NCBI GenBank assembly: GCA_043228905.1
Contig: JBHGNT010000003.1
Span: forward strand, 6,944,001 to 7,008,000
DNA length: 64,000 bases
Direction of reading: 5' to 3'
DNA from: Azolla caroliniana
Lineage: Eukaryota > Plantae > Polypodiophyta
Positions 48,001 to 60,900 of the stretch are shown here, in pieces. A program made the translations under genes and the position numbers. The notes under the pieces were generated by a model, which worked only from the letters and a program-made list of their open reading frames with translations, searched no databases and was not told where the DNA came from. Numbering within the stretch: the first letter of the stretch is position 1; each line of letters starts with the position of its first letter.

Positions 48001-49100
48001 ACGCCCGAAACCGCTGGTCCCAACGTTCCGGTTCCGCGATCTGTATCTCGGCCTCGTCCTTGGCCGTTCTCTCTCCGCAAGTCGAGAGGGCGTTTCGTTC
48101 CGCACCCTCTCCCGTGGTACCGTCGTACCGATCTTCCGCCGTCGCGTGGGGCAAGTCCGTCTCCTCGGTCTCGGCTTCCGGCCTCGATCTTCCTTCTTCC
48201 TCGAGCATCGCTTTGAGAGCTTCGTACGCCTCCGCAATCCTGGCCCCAACGCCGACCCTTGCCGACTCTCTTTCCCGTTCGGCCTCTTCCCATTGTGATG
48301 GCACGCCGTCGCGTACCTTCCTCTTAGCCTTCTTGGCTCGCTCGTTGTCTAGCCTTTGGCACACCCTTCCGACCTTCGACCAGTCCTCCGTAAGCCCATT
48401 CGCTCCATCATCGTCTTCGAGCTCAATCCCGATGGCTTCCCGTTCCGCCCGGTCGATCGACCTGACGAACAAAAGGACTTTGTCCACCCCCACCAAACCT
48501 TGTTCCCGCTCTGGGAGCCGAGCAAGTTGTCCCTCGAACTCCCGGAACGCCTTCGTCGCACCCCGGTGGGTCTTTGCCGATGCTACCCACTGGTCGAAGT
48601 GGTGCCGTCCCTGGCTCTTCCGCCGTCCTCCGTATGCCTTCAGGAGCGCCTCTTTGAAGGCCTCCCATGAACCACGAGCCTCACGAATGCATCCGGACAG
48701 CTACGACCCAGCAGAAGAACTCCAGCCTCAACGCCTCGTCTACGCCACGCTCTTCCATTTCCGCGTTGTAGGCTTCCAAGTAAGATGGGACTTTGTCCTC
48801 GTTGAAACGGCCGACTCTTTCGACCACTCACCCAACCGCTTCTTGCGCTGCTTCTCGCCTCATCACCACTCGTGCCGACTCCAACACCACTTCGGCCACC
48901 ATCTCCGCAAGGTCTTCGTCTTCCGACTCCATCCTCCCTTGCCGCCTTTCACGTCGGGTTCACCAAAGATGTCGCGTTGTTACCCGCGTGCGTGGAGAAA
49001 GGCGGGACCACGGGGGTCTTGGACTAGGGGGCGACGGAGCGTAGGAAGTCGTGCTTCACTGCTTCTGGGGCATCTCAGAAACACACCGGAAGCAACCGAA

Positions 49101-49133
<33 letters not shown>

Positions 49134-50367
49134 CTTAACACCGACTCACGCGCGCACGCACACACACACACACACATGTACAGGAAACGTTGTCGAGGTA
49201 TTCCTCGCGGATGCGTGGAATGAGGCGGGACCTCGGGGGTCCTGTACCGAAGAGCAAGAGAGAAAGGAGAAGAGACCCACTACGTGCGAGCGTAGACCCA
49301 CAGGGACACGGCCCTTCGACACGAAGACGCGAGCGTGGAAACCAACACAGAGAGGCACAACGGTATGTAAGTATATATTAACAGAGACAAACAACAAAAC
49401 ACGGAGTCGGTTACAACCGAACAGGCCGGCGAACAGATGCCGATGCCTGTTCGCAAACGCGCAGAAAGGAAGGAGTAGGTTGGAGGTGCTGTCGGAAGCA
49501 CTCGGGCATTCCTCAGAGCAGCGCGAGCCTCACGAAACCTGCACAGAAAGAAGCTATGGAGAGTATGGAAGAGAGAGAAGCCTTCGACCGACAGCCCGAC
49601 AGCACTTCGTCCTCTCCGATTCTGCGATACCCTTCCCCCTCGTCTCCCTCCTTTTATAAGCAAGGAAGGAGTCGTTTCCTATTAACTTCCTACCTACCGA
49701 ATCTACCTACCTAGGATCTTCTATGTCCCTAATTCTCCCTTATGTACAACGTAAGGCGTACGTGCATGAAGAGCCGGTTCCTATGCTCCGGCGCACCGAT
49801 TCCGCTCGTGGACGGTTTTCTTCACGACAACGCTGGGAAAGAGGGGAGCACCCGACACCAAGAAGACGCCAATATACACAGACAGACGCAAACGTATATG
49901 TATATATATATAAGAAGAATACACTCCCGGCTTCGAGCCGGACCAAGATAGTTTACAACAGTCGTCTACTGTCAAGCCGCCGTCGGGGAGCTCTCGGGCT
50001 CGTCGCGCTGAGCGGGGTCTTGCACAGGATATAAGCTGCAGCCAACCCTAAACGAACACGAAGGGGAAGAAGAAGAAGCAGAAGAACCCTAACCCTAAAC
50101 CTACCGGTATACCCTCTAATCCAAAATGGGCAACCCTTTTTCAAAGGGCGTTCCCTGCCTTTTATAGAACAAGGAGAGGGACGCGTTACAATGTCGGAAA
50201 AATCCCGACTTTCATGGGATCGTCTGTCCCGACTTGACTACTCTTCGGCGCCATAAAGGCACCCTCGATATTCACACCAAATGTACATGGGTGCGTACAC
50301 ACGCTGCACCCCGCCGATGTAGACAATATTTCCCGGTTTTCGCCTATGGCTGAAATTCTTCACAACA
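45068..50367 (-). mobile_element. Non-autonomous gag-only LTR element F (Trp-primed family)
   Basis: 5' LTR at 48970-50367 (contains a nested solo LTR). 3' LTR at about 45068-45634, with its distal end lost. PBS at 48948-48965; PPT at 45635-45644. gag fragment at about 48300-48940, then a GC-rich repetitive region with no PR/RT/IN motifs seen. Confidence 0.85.
49191..49829 (-). mobile_element. Solo LTR nested in the 5' LTR of element F
   Basis: TGTCGAGG...CTTCACGACA termini; flanks ACGT/ACGC; absent from the other F LTR (GGAAACGCAGGG at about 45116-45127); related in inverted orientation to the LTR at 50372-51022. Confidence 0.88.
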
Positions 50368-50371
50368 ACGT

Positions 50372-52622
50372 TGTCGTGAAGAAAACCGTCCCTTAGCGCA
50401 ATCGGTGCATAGCACGCGTGAACCGGCTCTTCACGCGTGCGCGCCCTTAATGTATATAATAGGGAATTAGGTACATAGGTATATCCTAGGTAGTTAAATT
50501 AGGTAGGTAGGAAGTAAATGAGGGAGACGGCTCCCTTCTTGACGCTATAAAGGAGAGGGACACGCAGGGAGAAGGGATCGCGCATTGAGGAGGACGAAGT
50601 GATGTCGGACCGGAACCGAACGCTTCTCCTCTGTTTGTTCTCTATTGCTCTTCTCTGCAGGTTTTCGGGAGGCTCGCGCTGCTTCGAGGAACGCCCGTGT
50701 GCTTCCGGCAGCACCTCCATCCTATCCCCTTTCGTGCGCAGACGAGCAGGCATCGGCATCTGTTCGCCGGCCTGTTCGGTTGTAACCGCTCGCGTGCTCT
50801 GTTGTTTTTTATGTGTCACTTGTTAATATACAAACATTCGTGTCTCTCTGTCTCTGTGTCCATTCGTGTCTTCTGCGTTGACGGGGCGTGTCCCTGTGTT
50901 TCTTTGCTCATACGTAACCGGTCGTCTCTCTCTTTCTCTTTCCCCTCCTATCACCTGCTCTTCGGTTCAAGACCCTGGTGGTCTTGCCTCGTTTCTCCAC
51001 GCACGCACATAGTAACGCGACATATTTTGGTGAACCCGACGTGAAACAAGGCGGCAGAGGAGCAGAAGATGAGGGGGTCGGATCTTGCAGAGGCCATGGC
51101 TTCGGCCGTGGACCGGATAGTGAGCGCGCGCGAGGGCACCGGCGCCCTTGTCAGGGCTATTGAGGTGATCGTCGGTATGATCGGCCGGTTCAGTGGAAAG
51201 GATGCCACGAGTTATTTGGCGTCCTACCGGGCGGAGATGTTGATGAGGGATATTCCGGAAGAGAGGCGTCTTGCCGGATTCCCTCGAGTGGCGATGCCGG
51301 GCATCCATGCGGAGGTGCTCGAGGTCCGAGCGGAGAGCCGGACCTAGGAGGAGTTCGAAGGACGGCTCCTGGAGAAATACAGGCTGGATGACGCGCTTCG
51401 ACTTTCGAAGAGGGGCTTCACGGAGTGGGTAGAGTCCCCCGACAAAGGAAGAAATGTGTCGGCACTCCTCCGGAAGTTTGAGGATCGCTTTGCGCGCCTT
51501 TCGGTGCTCGATCGGACCGTTCTGGACACAAGTCGTGTCCTACTGTTTGTCAAATCGGTTGACGCACGGGACCGGGAGCAAGCGGGCTCCTTCCTGGAAA
51601 CCGAAGACGGGCTAACGGCCGACTGGGCCGCGGTAAAAAGAGTCTACGGCCGTTTTGACAAACGGTGGGAGTGGGCTGATACAGGGGCGACCGGGGCGGG
51701 TCCTGTCGCAGCAAGGAAGCTCGAACCGATACCGCACGCGCGACGGGAAGAGACCCAAGAGTGGCTCGAAACTAGTTCGGCTTCGACCAGCGTGGTCAGA
51801 GGCCCGTCCGGGGGGAAAGCTTTGGAGGAGCTGACATGGGCGGTAAAGGATCTCCAGATCGCCCAGGCCCGGAGGGAAGGCGGCGATCAGGCTCGTGACC
51901 GACGGCCTCCGGCAGGAAATAGGTGCATGTGGTGCGACGAGGTCGGCCACATCCGGAAAGACTGCGGGGACTTTATGGAGGCTTTGAGAAGCCGGGTAGT
52001 GTACCTGTGGGAAGGTCGGGTGCACGCCAGCGATATCCGGAGGGCCTTGAACCGAAATGACGGGCGAGGAGGAATGAAAAGGCTGATGGAAGAGGCGGCA
52101 GCCCGGCACGCGGAGACCATCCACTACTCAGCGTTAGCCGGTATTCGGGTCGGAGGGAGCGAGGCCCAGAAGGAGAGCAAAGCTGAGTTCTGGCCGACGG
52201 TGCTGGAAGGCCTTGCCGGTGCCTGACTAAAGAGAGACGAGGCGGACCGCGCGGAGAAGCGGGTCCAGGAGGTAACCAGGTGGAGTGACCCGGTCGAAGA
52301 AAAGACGGGTTTCGTCGAAGCGGCTTACCAGAACTACGAGGCTCTGGTTGAAGACAAACGGGTAGGTAAACCCGGAGGGGCCGAATCTTCACAGAGATAC
52401 GAAACCCGATTCGGGCCGAAACGGAACGAGGCCGGTGAGTCCAGTGCCCGGGATAACCACAAAAAGGGCGGGTACCGTTTTGGCACGGAGATCGAAAGGA
52501 CCACACACACTGGGCCCGAGCGACCACGGAAACCCCGGTGAAGATCGGAGCCGTTCGAAAATAAACCTGATGTCCATGGACTTCTACAAGAAGGGGAAAT
52601 GGCCGATCAACACCAAGCACGG
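50372..52622 (+). mobile_element. Trp-primed Gypsy element G (5' LTR, PBS, decayed gag and protease remnant)
   Basis: LTR at 50372-51022; PBS TGGTGAACCCGACGTGAA at 51028-51045; gag at 51069-52226 with stops (CMWCDEVGHIRKDC); INLMSMDFYKKGKWPINTKHG matches the protease region of D. Confidence 0.88.
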
Positions 52623-52728
52623 TGTCGTGATGAATTTCAGCCAGAGGCGGAAATCGGGAAACATTGGCTACATCGGCAGGGTGCAGCGTGTGTACGCACC
52701 CATGTACATTTAGTGTGAATATCGAGGG
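52623..52728 (+). mobile_element. Start of an F-family LTR (element H) inserted in G and itself interrupted by Copia I
   Basis: The reverse complement matches the ends of the F LTRs (about 45530-45634 and 50262-50367); preceded by ACGG. Confidence 0.85.
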
Positions 52729-55700
52729 TGTTGGGATTACGGTCCCTCCGGATGGGATGGTCAGATGTCCGGGAATCGGGAATGAAGACCCGAATGAGGA
52801 GTACCCGGTATCGGAACCGGATGATGAAGACCCGGTTTCGGATCCGGATGATGAAGACCCCGGCTACGGAGCCGGATGACGAATGTACCCGGAGAGAGAT
52901 CCGGATGCGGGGACATATTTGTGAATATGTTTGCCAAGGGCCCTCTAGGCTATATTTGTAAATAGCCCGAAAGTCATATGTGTATAAATATGACTTAGGG
53001 CAAACAGTTTTGTTGTTGTTGCTCATTTTTCTGTTTTCCACTTAGAGGGAGCGAAGTGAGAGCAGCCGAGAGAGAGAGTGAGAGAGAGAGAGAAAGGAAG
53101 AGGTCGACGCCTCTGTGTAATACCGCCGCCTGTGGCGAGGACAGCGAGCTCAAGGTCGTCGCCTTGCAGCTCGCCATTGTACATTCCCTGCGGATAGTGA
53201 TAGTTGGAGTCTTGCACTCCCGTGGTTTTTCCCGTCTAGGGTTTTCCACGCTAAACCCTGTGCATTCGAGTCTCTCTCTGTGTTTTCGATTTACTGTTGC
53301 ATTGACTCGTGTTTCCTCGGTTGTGGCCGAGAGGTGAAGGTTTTGAAAGCGTCAATTTCTAACAATCTGGTATCAGAGCGACTACAGTGCAGAAAATGGA
53401 AGGCGGCAGCAGCGGGCAGCCGGGGATGATGGTGCTGAATGCGCAGAACTACGCCGACTGGAAGATAAAGATGGAGGATCTGCTCATTGTTCGGGACCTG
53501 TGTATGAACCGATCGACAGGTCGGAAATACCCAAGGGGGTACTTGAGACGGAATGGAGGCTTCTGAACCGGAAAGCCGTTGCAACCATTCGGCAATACGT
53601 CGACGTGAGCGTTCTACAACATGTGGCGAACGACACCAACGCATATGAGATGTGGCAGAAGCTGTCGGGCCTCTACGAGAGGAAGAATGCGTTGAACCGG
53701 ACCTCCCTGATGAGGAAGATAGTGAACCTCAAGTACCGGGACGGCGAGAGTATGGTGGAACACGTAAGCACGTTCATGGGATTCGTGAACCAGCTTGCGG
53801 CGATCAAGTTCCCGTTGGAGGATGCAATCCAAGCCATCATGCTGATGTGTACATTGCCGGAAAGCTGGGAGAACTTGGTGGTGACTCTCAGCACCTCCTG
53901 CACCGAAGATAACTTGTCCCTACAAACGCTAAAGACAAGCATTTTGAACGAAGAAGCGCGTCAGAGAGATAAAGAACCGGCCTCCGATCCGAAGATGCTG
54001 CTTACCGAATCGGATCGGGGAAGACAACGGAACCGGAGTCCGCAAAGACGGGAGAAGTCGGGGACCCGGTCGCAGTCAAGAGGAAGGCCCACATGCTTCC
54101 ACTGTGGGAAGCCGGGGCACTTCCGAAAGAATTGTCGGCATTACCGAAAAGACAACGGAGCCGACGACACCGATTCGAAGAAGTCTTCGGAACGGAACGG
54201 TGCTTACCGGGGAGCCACGGACCGGAATGGTTCGGATCGGCGAGGGCAGGACCGGAAAGGAACGACGGCACTCGCGGCAAGTGAAGAGGAGATCATGCTC
54301 ATCACCGAAGAAGGTGAACTAAACATTGCCGGCGATGAGACTACCTGGGTGGTCGATTCCGGAGCGTCATTCCACCTGACCCCGGAAAGAAGATACTTCT
54401 CATCCTACACAGCCGGTGAGCATGGCTGTGTTCGGATGGGAAATGAAGGTACGTGCCGGATTGCCGGCATAGGAGACGTGTGGTTGACAACCTCGACCGG
54501 ATGCAAAATGTTGCTGAAGGATGTCCGACACGTTCCGGAGGTTCGATTGAACCTGATTTCGGTCGGGAGGCTAGACGATGAAGGCTACACAGGTAGCATC
54601 CGGAACTGCGTAATGAAGTTCAGCAAGGGGAGCCTGATAGTGGCTCGGGCCCGGAAAGTCAACACACTGTACCTTATGAATGCCTGGTTGTGTCCGGAGG
54701 AGTTGAACGTGGCAGCCGACACTGCCGGTGAGCTATGGCACAAGAGACTGTGCCACATGAGTGAGAAGGGGATGAAGAGGCTTGCAGAAGACAACCTTAT
54801 TCCAGTGAAGCATGTGCACCTGGAGAAGTGCACCGATTGCCTGGCCGGTAAGCAGAACCGAACCTCCTTCCACTCAAGGCCACCGACGAGACGTAGCGCA
54901 CCATTGGAGTTGGTGCACACTGACGTGTGTCAAGTAGAAACGAAGTCACATGGCGGAGCCCAGTACTTCGTGACATTCATTGATGACCACAGCCGGAAGC
55001 TGTGGACGGCACCGTTGAAGACAAAGGACCAAGTGTTGTGCGTCTTCAAAGAACTCCACGCGAGAGTGCAAAAGGGAATCCGGCAAGAAGCTGAAAGCGA
55101 TACGAGCGGATAACGGAGGGGAATACCGGGGGCAGTTCGAGGAGTACTGTCGCTCGAAGGGAATCCGGCTCGAGTTTACTGTGCCGAAGACGCCGAAACT
55201 GAACGGGCTGGCCGAGAGGATGAACCGGACCATAATGGAGAGGGTCCGGAGTATGCTGGCGCATGCGAAATTACCCAAGGGGTTTTGGGCTGAGGCAATG
55301 TCGACGGCGACATACGTGATAAACAGATAACCCTCAGTACCTTTGGACGGAGACACGCCGCAGAGAGTGTGGACCGGTAGGGAAGTATCCTACCGGCATC
55401 TGAAGGTGTTCGGGTGTCTCGCATATGTGCATGTGGCAAAGGACCGGAGAGGAAAGCTAGATCCAAAGACCCGGCCATGCATATTCCTCGGTTACGGCGA
55501 TGACGAGTTCGGCTACCGAGTATGGGACCCGGTCGACAAAAAGATATTTCGGAGTCGTGATATCATCTTCATGGAGGACAAGACACTCGCCGACTGGGAG
55601 TCGGAGAAGAAGATGAAGAGCTCCAAGTCGACCGGTGAGGATCAACTCTACGAGGAGCAGTCCCGACCGGCAAGGGACCGGTTAGCACTCGAGGATCCGG

Positions 55701-57027
55701 CCGAAGACAGTGAAGAAACAGAACCGGCCGAGGAAGATGAAACTGATACCGGAACCGGCCCCGATCCCGAAATGGATTCGGATGAAGAGGAAACGGAGGA
55801 GCCGGTTACCGAAGCTCCGGAACGGAGATATCCTCTAAGAGAGAGAAGGGCCCCTCAGAGATTTCCGGAACCAGAGCACGTGCTGCTAACCGACGAGGGG
55901 GAGCCGGAGAGTTTTGAAGAAGCAAAGCTTGACACCCATAGCCGCAGGTGGTTAAGTGCCATGCAGGAGGAGATGGATTCCCTGCATGAGAACCACACAT
56001 ATGAACTTGTGGAGTTGCCGAAAGGAAAGCGGGCACTTCGAAACAAGTGGGTGTTCAAGCTGAAACCGGGAGATGCCGGAAACCCCCCGAGATACAAAGC
56101 CAGGATCGTGGTGAAGGGGTTCCAGCAGAAGAAGGGCGTCTACTTCGACGAGATATTTGCCCCGGTAGTGAAGATGACCTCCATCCGGACGGTGCTGAGC
56201 ATAGCGGCAAGCATGGACCTCGAGGTAGAACAGATGGACGTGAAGACGGCATTCCTTCACGGTGACCTCGAAGAAGAGATCTACATGCAGCAACCGGAAG
56301 GATTCTGATGGAAATCAATCGACACTTTCCAAACTTCACCTCTCGGCCACAACCAAGGAAACACACGAATCGTTGTTGCAGAAAATGGGAAATGCGAAAA
56401 ATAGAGTGGACACACGATTTAACGTGGAAAACCCTGTACGGGAAAAACCACGGGAGTACAAGACTCCAAACCAAAACTATGCACAGAGAAATATACAATG
56501 GCGAGCTTCAAGGCGACGACCTTGAGCTCGCTGTCCTCGCCACAGGCGGCGGAAATACACAGAGGCGTCGACCTCTTTCTCACTCACGCTCTATCTCTCT
56601 CACGGCTGCTCTCTCTTCACTCCTCTTGAGTGGAAAAAACAGAAAAATGAGAAGCAACATAAAACTGTTTGCCCTAAGTCATATTTATACACATATGACT
56701 TTGGGGCTATTTACAACTATAGCCTCAAGGGCCCTTGGCAAACATATTCACGGATATGTCCCCGCATCCGGATCTCTCTCCGGGTACATTCGTCATCCGG
56801 CTCCGAAGCCGGGGTCTTCATCATCCGGTTCCGAAACCGAAACCGGGCTTGTCGGCATTCATCTCTGACATCCGACCATCCCATCCGAAGGGACCGTAAT
56901 CCCAACAAACTCCCCTTCACTTCGGCATGGGATGTCTCTCCAATCCGATCCTCTTCCGGCATGCTTCCAGTTTGTCGGGTGTGAGCACCTTGGTCAGCAT
57001 ATCCGACCCGTTCTCGTCCGTGTGGAC

Positions 57028-57127
57028 NNNNNNNNNNNNNNNNNNNNNNNNNNNNNNNNNNNNNNNNNNNNNNNNNNNNNNNNNNNNNNNNNNNNNNNNN
57101 NNNNNNNNNNNNNNNNNNNNNNNNNNN
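57028..57127. other. 100-N scaffold gap flanked by a probable artefactual duplication (55492-57027 repeated at 57129-58665)
   Basis: Both copies include the same I/J insertion junction. The only difference seen is a C4 versus C5 homopolymer. Confidence 0.9.
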
Positions 57128-57942
57128 ATTACGGCGATGACGAGTTCGGCTACCGAGTATGGGACCCGGTCGACAAAAAGATATTTCGGAGTCGTGATAT
57201 CATCTTCATGGAGGACAAGACACTCGCCGACTGGGAGTCGGAGAAGAAGATGAAGAGCTCCAAGTCGACCGGTGAGGATCAACTCTACGAGGAGCAGTCC
57301 CGACCGGCAAGGGACCGGTTAGCACTCGAGGATCCGGCCGAAGACAGTGAAGAAACAGAACCGGCCGAGGAAGATGAAACTGATACCGGAACCGGCCCCG
57401 ATCCCGAAATGGATTCGGATGAAGAGGAAACGGAGGAGCCGGTTACCGAAGCTCCGGAACGGAGATATCCTCTAAGAGAGAGAAGGGCCCCTCAGAGATT
57501 TCCGGAACCAGAGCACGTGCTGCTAACCGACGAGGGGGAGCCGGAGAGTTTTGAAGAAGCAAAGCTTGACACCCATAGCCGCAGGTGGTTAAGTGCCATG
57601 CAGGAGGAGATGGATTCCCTGCATGAGAACCACACATATGAACTTGTGGAGTTGCCGAAAGGAAAGCGGGCACTTCGAAACAAGTGGGTGTTCAAGCTGA
57701 AACCGGGAGATGCCGGAAACCCCCCGAGATACAAAGCCAGGATCGTGGTGAAGGGGTTCCAGCAGAAGAAGGGCGTCTACTTCGACGAGATATTTGCCCC
57801 GGTAGTGAAGATGACCTCCATCCGGACGGTGCTGAGCATAGCGGCAAGCATGGACCTCGAGGTAGAACAGATGGACGTGAAGACGGCATTCCTTCACGGT
57901 GACCTCGAAGAAGAGATCTACATGCAGCAACCGGAAGGATTC

Positions 57943-60900
57943 TGATGGAAATCAATCGACACTTTCCAAACTTCACCTCTCGGCCACAACCAAGGAAACA
58001 CACGAATCGTTGTTGCAGAAAATGGGAAATGCGAAAAATAGAGTGGACACACGATTTAACGTGGAAAACCCTGTACGGGAAAAACCACGGGAGTACAAGA
58101 CTCCAAACCAAAACTATGCACAGAGAAATATACAATGGCGAGCTTCAAGGCGACGACCTTGAGCTCGCTGTCCTCGCCACAGGCGGCGGAAATACACAGA
58201 GGCGTCGACCTCTTTCTCACTCACGCTCTATCTCTCTCACGGCTGCTCTCTCTTCACTCCTCTTGAGTGGAAAAAACAGAAAAATGAGAAGCAACATAAA
58301 ACTGTTTGCCCTAAGTCATATTTATACACATATGACTTTGGGGCTATTTACAACTATAGCCTCAAGGGCCCTTGGCAAACATATTCACGGATATGTCCCC
58401 GCATCCGGATCTCTCTCCGGGTACATTCGTCATCCGGCTCCGAAGCCGGGGTCTTCATCATCCGGTTCCGAAACCGAAACCGGGCTTGTCGGCATTCATC
58501 TCTGACATCCGACCATCCCATCCGAAGGGACCGTAATCCCAACAAACTCCCCCTTCACTTCGGCATGGGATGTCTCTCCAATCCGATCCTCTTCCGGCAT
58601 GCTTCCAGTTTGTCGGGTGTGAGCACCTTGGTCAGCATATCCGACCCGTTCTCGTCCGTGTGGACCTTCGTCAGCACGAACTCCTTGTCTTCTATCCTTT
58701 CCCAGATCCAGTGATATCTTCGCTGGATGTGCTTCGTCCGGGAGTGATAGGCCGCATTCTTCGCAAGGTGGATGGCACTCTGACTGTCGCAGTAGAGTCG
58801 GTACTCCTCCTGCTGGATACCGAGCTCTCTAATGAAGTCCTTCATCCATATTATTTCCTTGCCGGCTTCAACAGCCGCCATGTACTCCGCCTCTGTGGTT
58901 GACAACGCAACCGTCTTCTGCAGCCTCGACTGCCATGAAACAGCTCCCCCTGCATACGTCATCACATACCCTGATGTGGACCGGCTGGTATCTGCATCAG
59001 CCGACATATCCGAATCGGTAAAGCCGTCGAGTTCGGGCTTGCCGGAGCCGAATCGGAGGCACACGTTTGCCGTGCCCTTCAGGTATCAGAGTATCCACTT
59101 GGCCGCGTTCCAATGCTCTTTGCCGGGATTGCTCATGTACCGGCTCACCACTCCGACTGCATATCCAATGTCCGGTCTTGTACACACCATTGCGTACATC
59201 AAGCTTCCGACGGCAGAGGCATATGGCACTTTCATCATGTCCTCCTTCTCAGCCTTTGTCTTGGGGCTTTGCTTGCTGGACAACTTGCAGTTTGCCGGGA
59301 GGGTCGATCCGACCGGTCTTGCTTCCGACATGTTGAACCGTTTAAGCACCTTTGTCACGTACTTCTCCTGTGACAGCCACAACTACTTCTTGCTCCGGTC
59401 CCGGATGATGTGCATCCCTAGTATTTGTCTCGCCGGACCCAAGTTCTTCATAGAGAAGGTTCGGTGAAGAGCCTTCTTCAGCATCCGTATCTTGACCTGG
59501 TCCCGTCCGACGATCAACATGTCGTCCACGTACAGGAGGAGTATTAGAAAGTCTCCTCCTCGGACTGCGTTTTGAGGTACCCTTCGCCGGTCATGAAAGA
59601 GTCGAACTTCCGGTACCATTGCCGGGGAGCCTGCTTCAGTCCGTAAAGGCTCTTCTTCAACCGGCATACCAGGTGCTCCTTCCCTTTCTTCTCGAATCCT
59701 TCCGGTTGCTGCATGTAGATCTCTTCTTCGAGGTCGCCGTGAAGGAATGCCGTCTTCACGTCCATCTGTTCTACCTCGAGGTCCATGCTTGCCGCTATGC
59801 TCAGCACCGTCCGGATGGAGGTCATCTTCACTACCGGGGCAAATATCTCGTCGAAGTCGACGCCCTTCTTCTGCTGAAATCCCTTCACCACGATCCTGGC
59901 TTTGTATCTCGGGGGGTTTCCGGCATCTCCGGTTTCAGCTTGAACACCCACTTGTTTCGAAGTGCCCGCTTCCCTTTCGGCAACTCCACAAGTTCATATG
60001 TGTGGTTCTCATGCAGGGAATCCATCTCGTCCTGCATGGCACTCAACCACCTGCGGCTCTGGGTGTCATGCTTTGCTTCTTCAAAGCTCTCCGGCTCCCC
60101 CTCGTCGGTTAGCAGCACGTGCTCTGGTTCCGGAAATCTCCGGGGGGCCCTTCTCTCTCTTAGAGGATATCTCCGTTCCGGAGCTTCGGTACCAAATCCA
60201 TTTCGGGATCGGGGCCGGTTCCGGTATCATTTTCATCTTCTTCGGCCGGTTCTGTTTCTTCACCGTCTTCGGCCGGATCCTCGAGTGCTAACCGGTCCCT
60301 TGTCGGTCGGGACTGCTCCTCGTAGAGTTGATCCTCACCGGTCGACTTGGAGCTCTTCATCTTCTTCTCCGACTCCCAGTCGGCGAGTGTCTTGTCCTCC
60401 ATGAAGATGATATCACGACTCCGGAATATCTTCTCGTCGACCGGGTCCCATACTCGGTAGCCGAACTCGTCATCGCCGTAACCGAGGAATATGCATGGCC
60501 GGGTCTTTGGATCTAGCTTTCCTCTCCGGTCCTTTGCCACATGCACATATGCGAGACACCCGAACACCTTCAGATGCCGGTAGGATACTTCCCTGCCGGT
60601 CCACACTCTCTGCGGCGTGTCTCCGTCCAAAGGTACTGAGGGTGATCTGTTTATCACGTATGTCGCCGTCGACATTGCCTCAGCCCAAAACCCCTTGGGT
60701 AATTTCGCATGCGCCAGCATACTCCGAACCCTCTCCATTATGGTCCGGTTCATCCTCTCGGCCAGCCCGTTCAGTTCCGGCGTCTTCGGCACAGTAAACT
60801 CGAGCCGGATTCCTTTCGAGCGACAGTACTCCTTGAACTGCCCCCGGTATTCCCCTCCGTTATCCGCTCGTATCGCTTTCAGCTTCTTGCCGGATTCCCT

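Noticed and set aside
45646-48298. Possible env-like or cargo gene in element F
   Set aside because: There are many short overlapping ORFs on both strands in GC-rich repetitive DNA, with no transmembrane or catalytic motif recognised.
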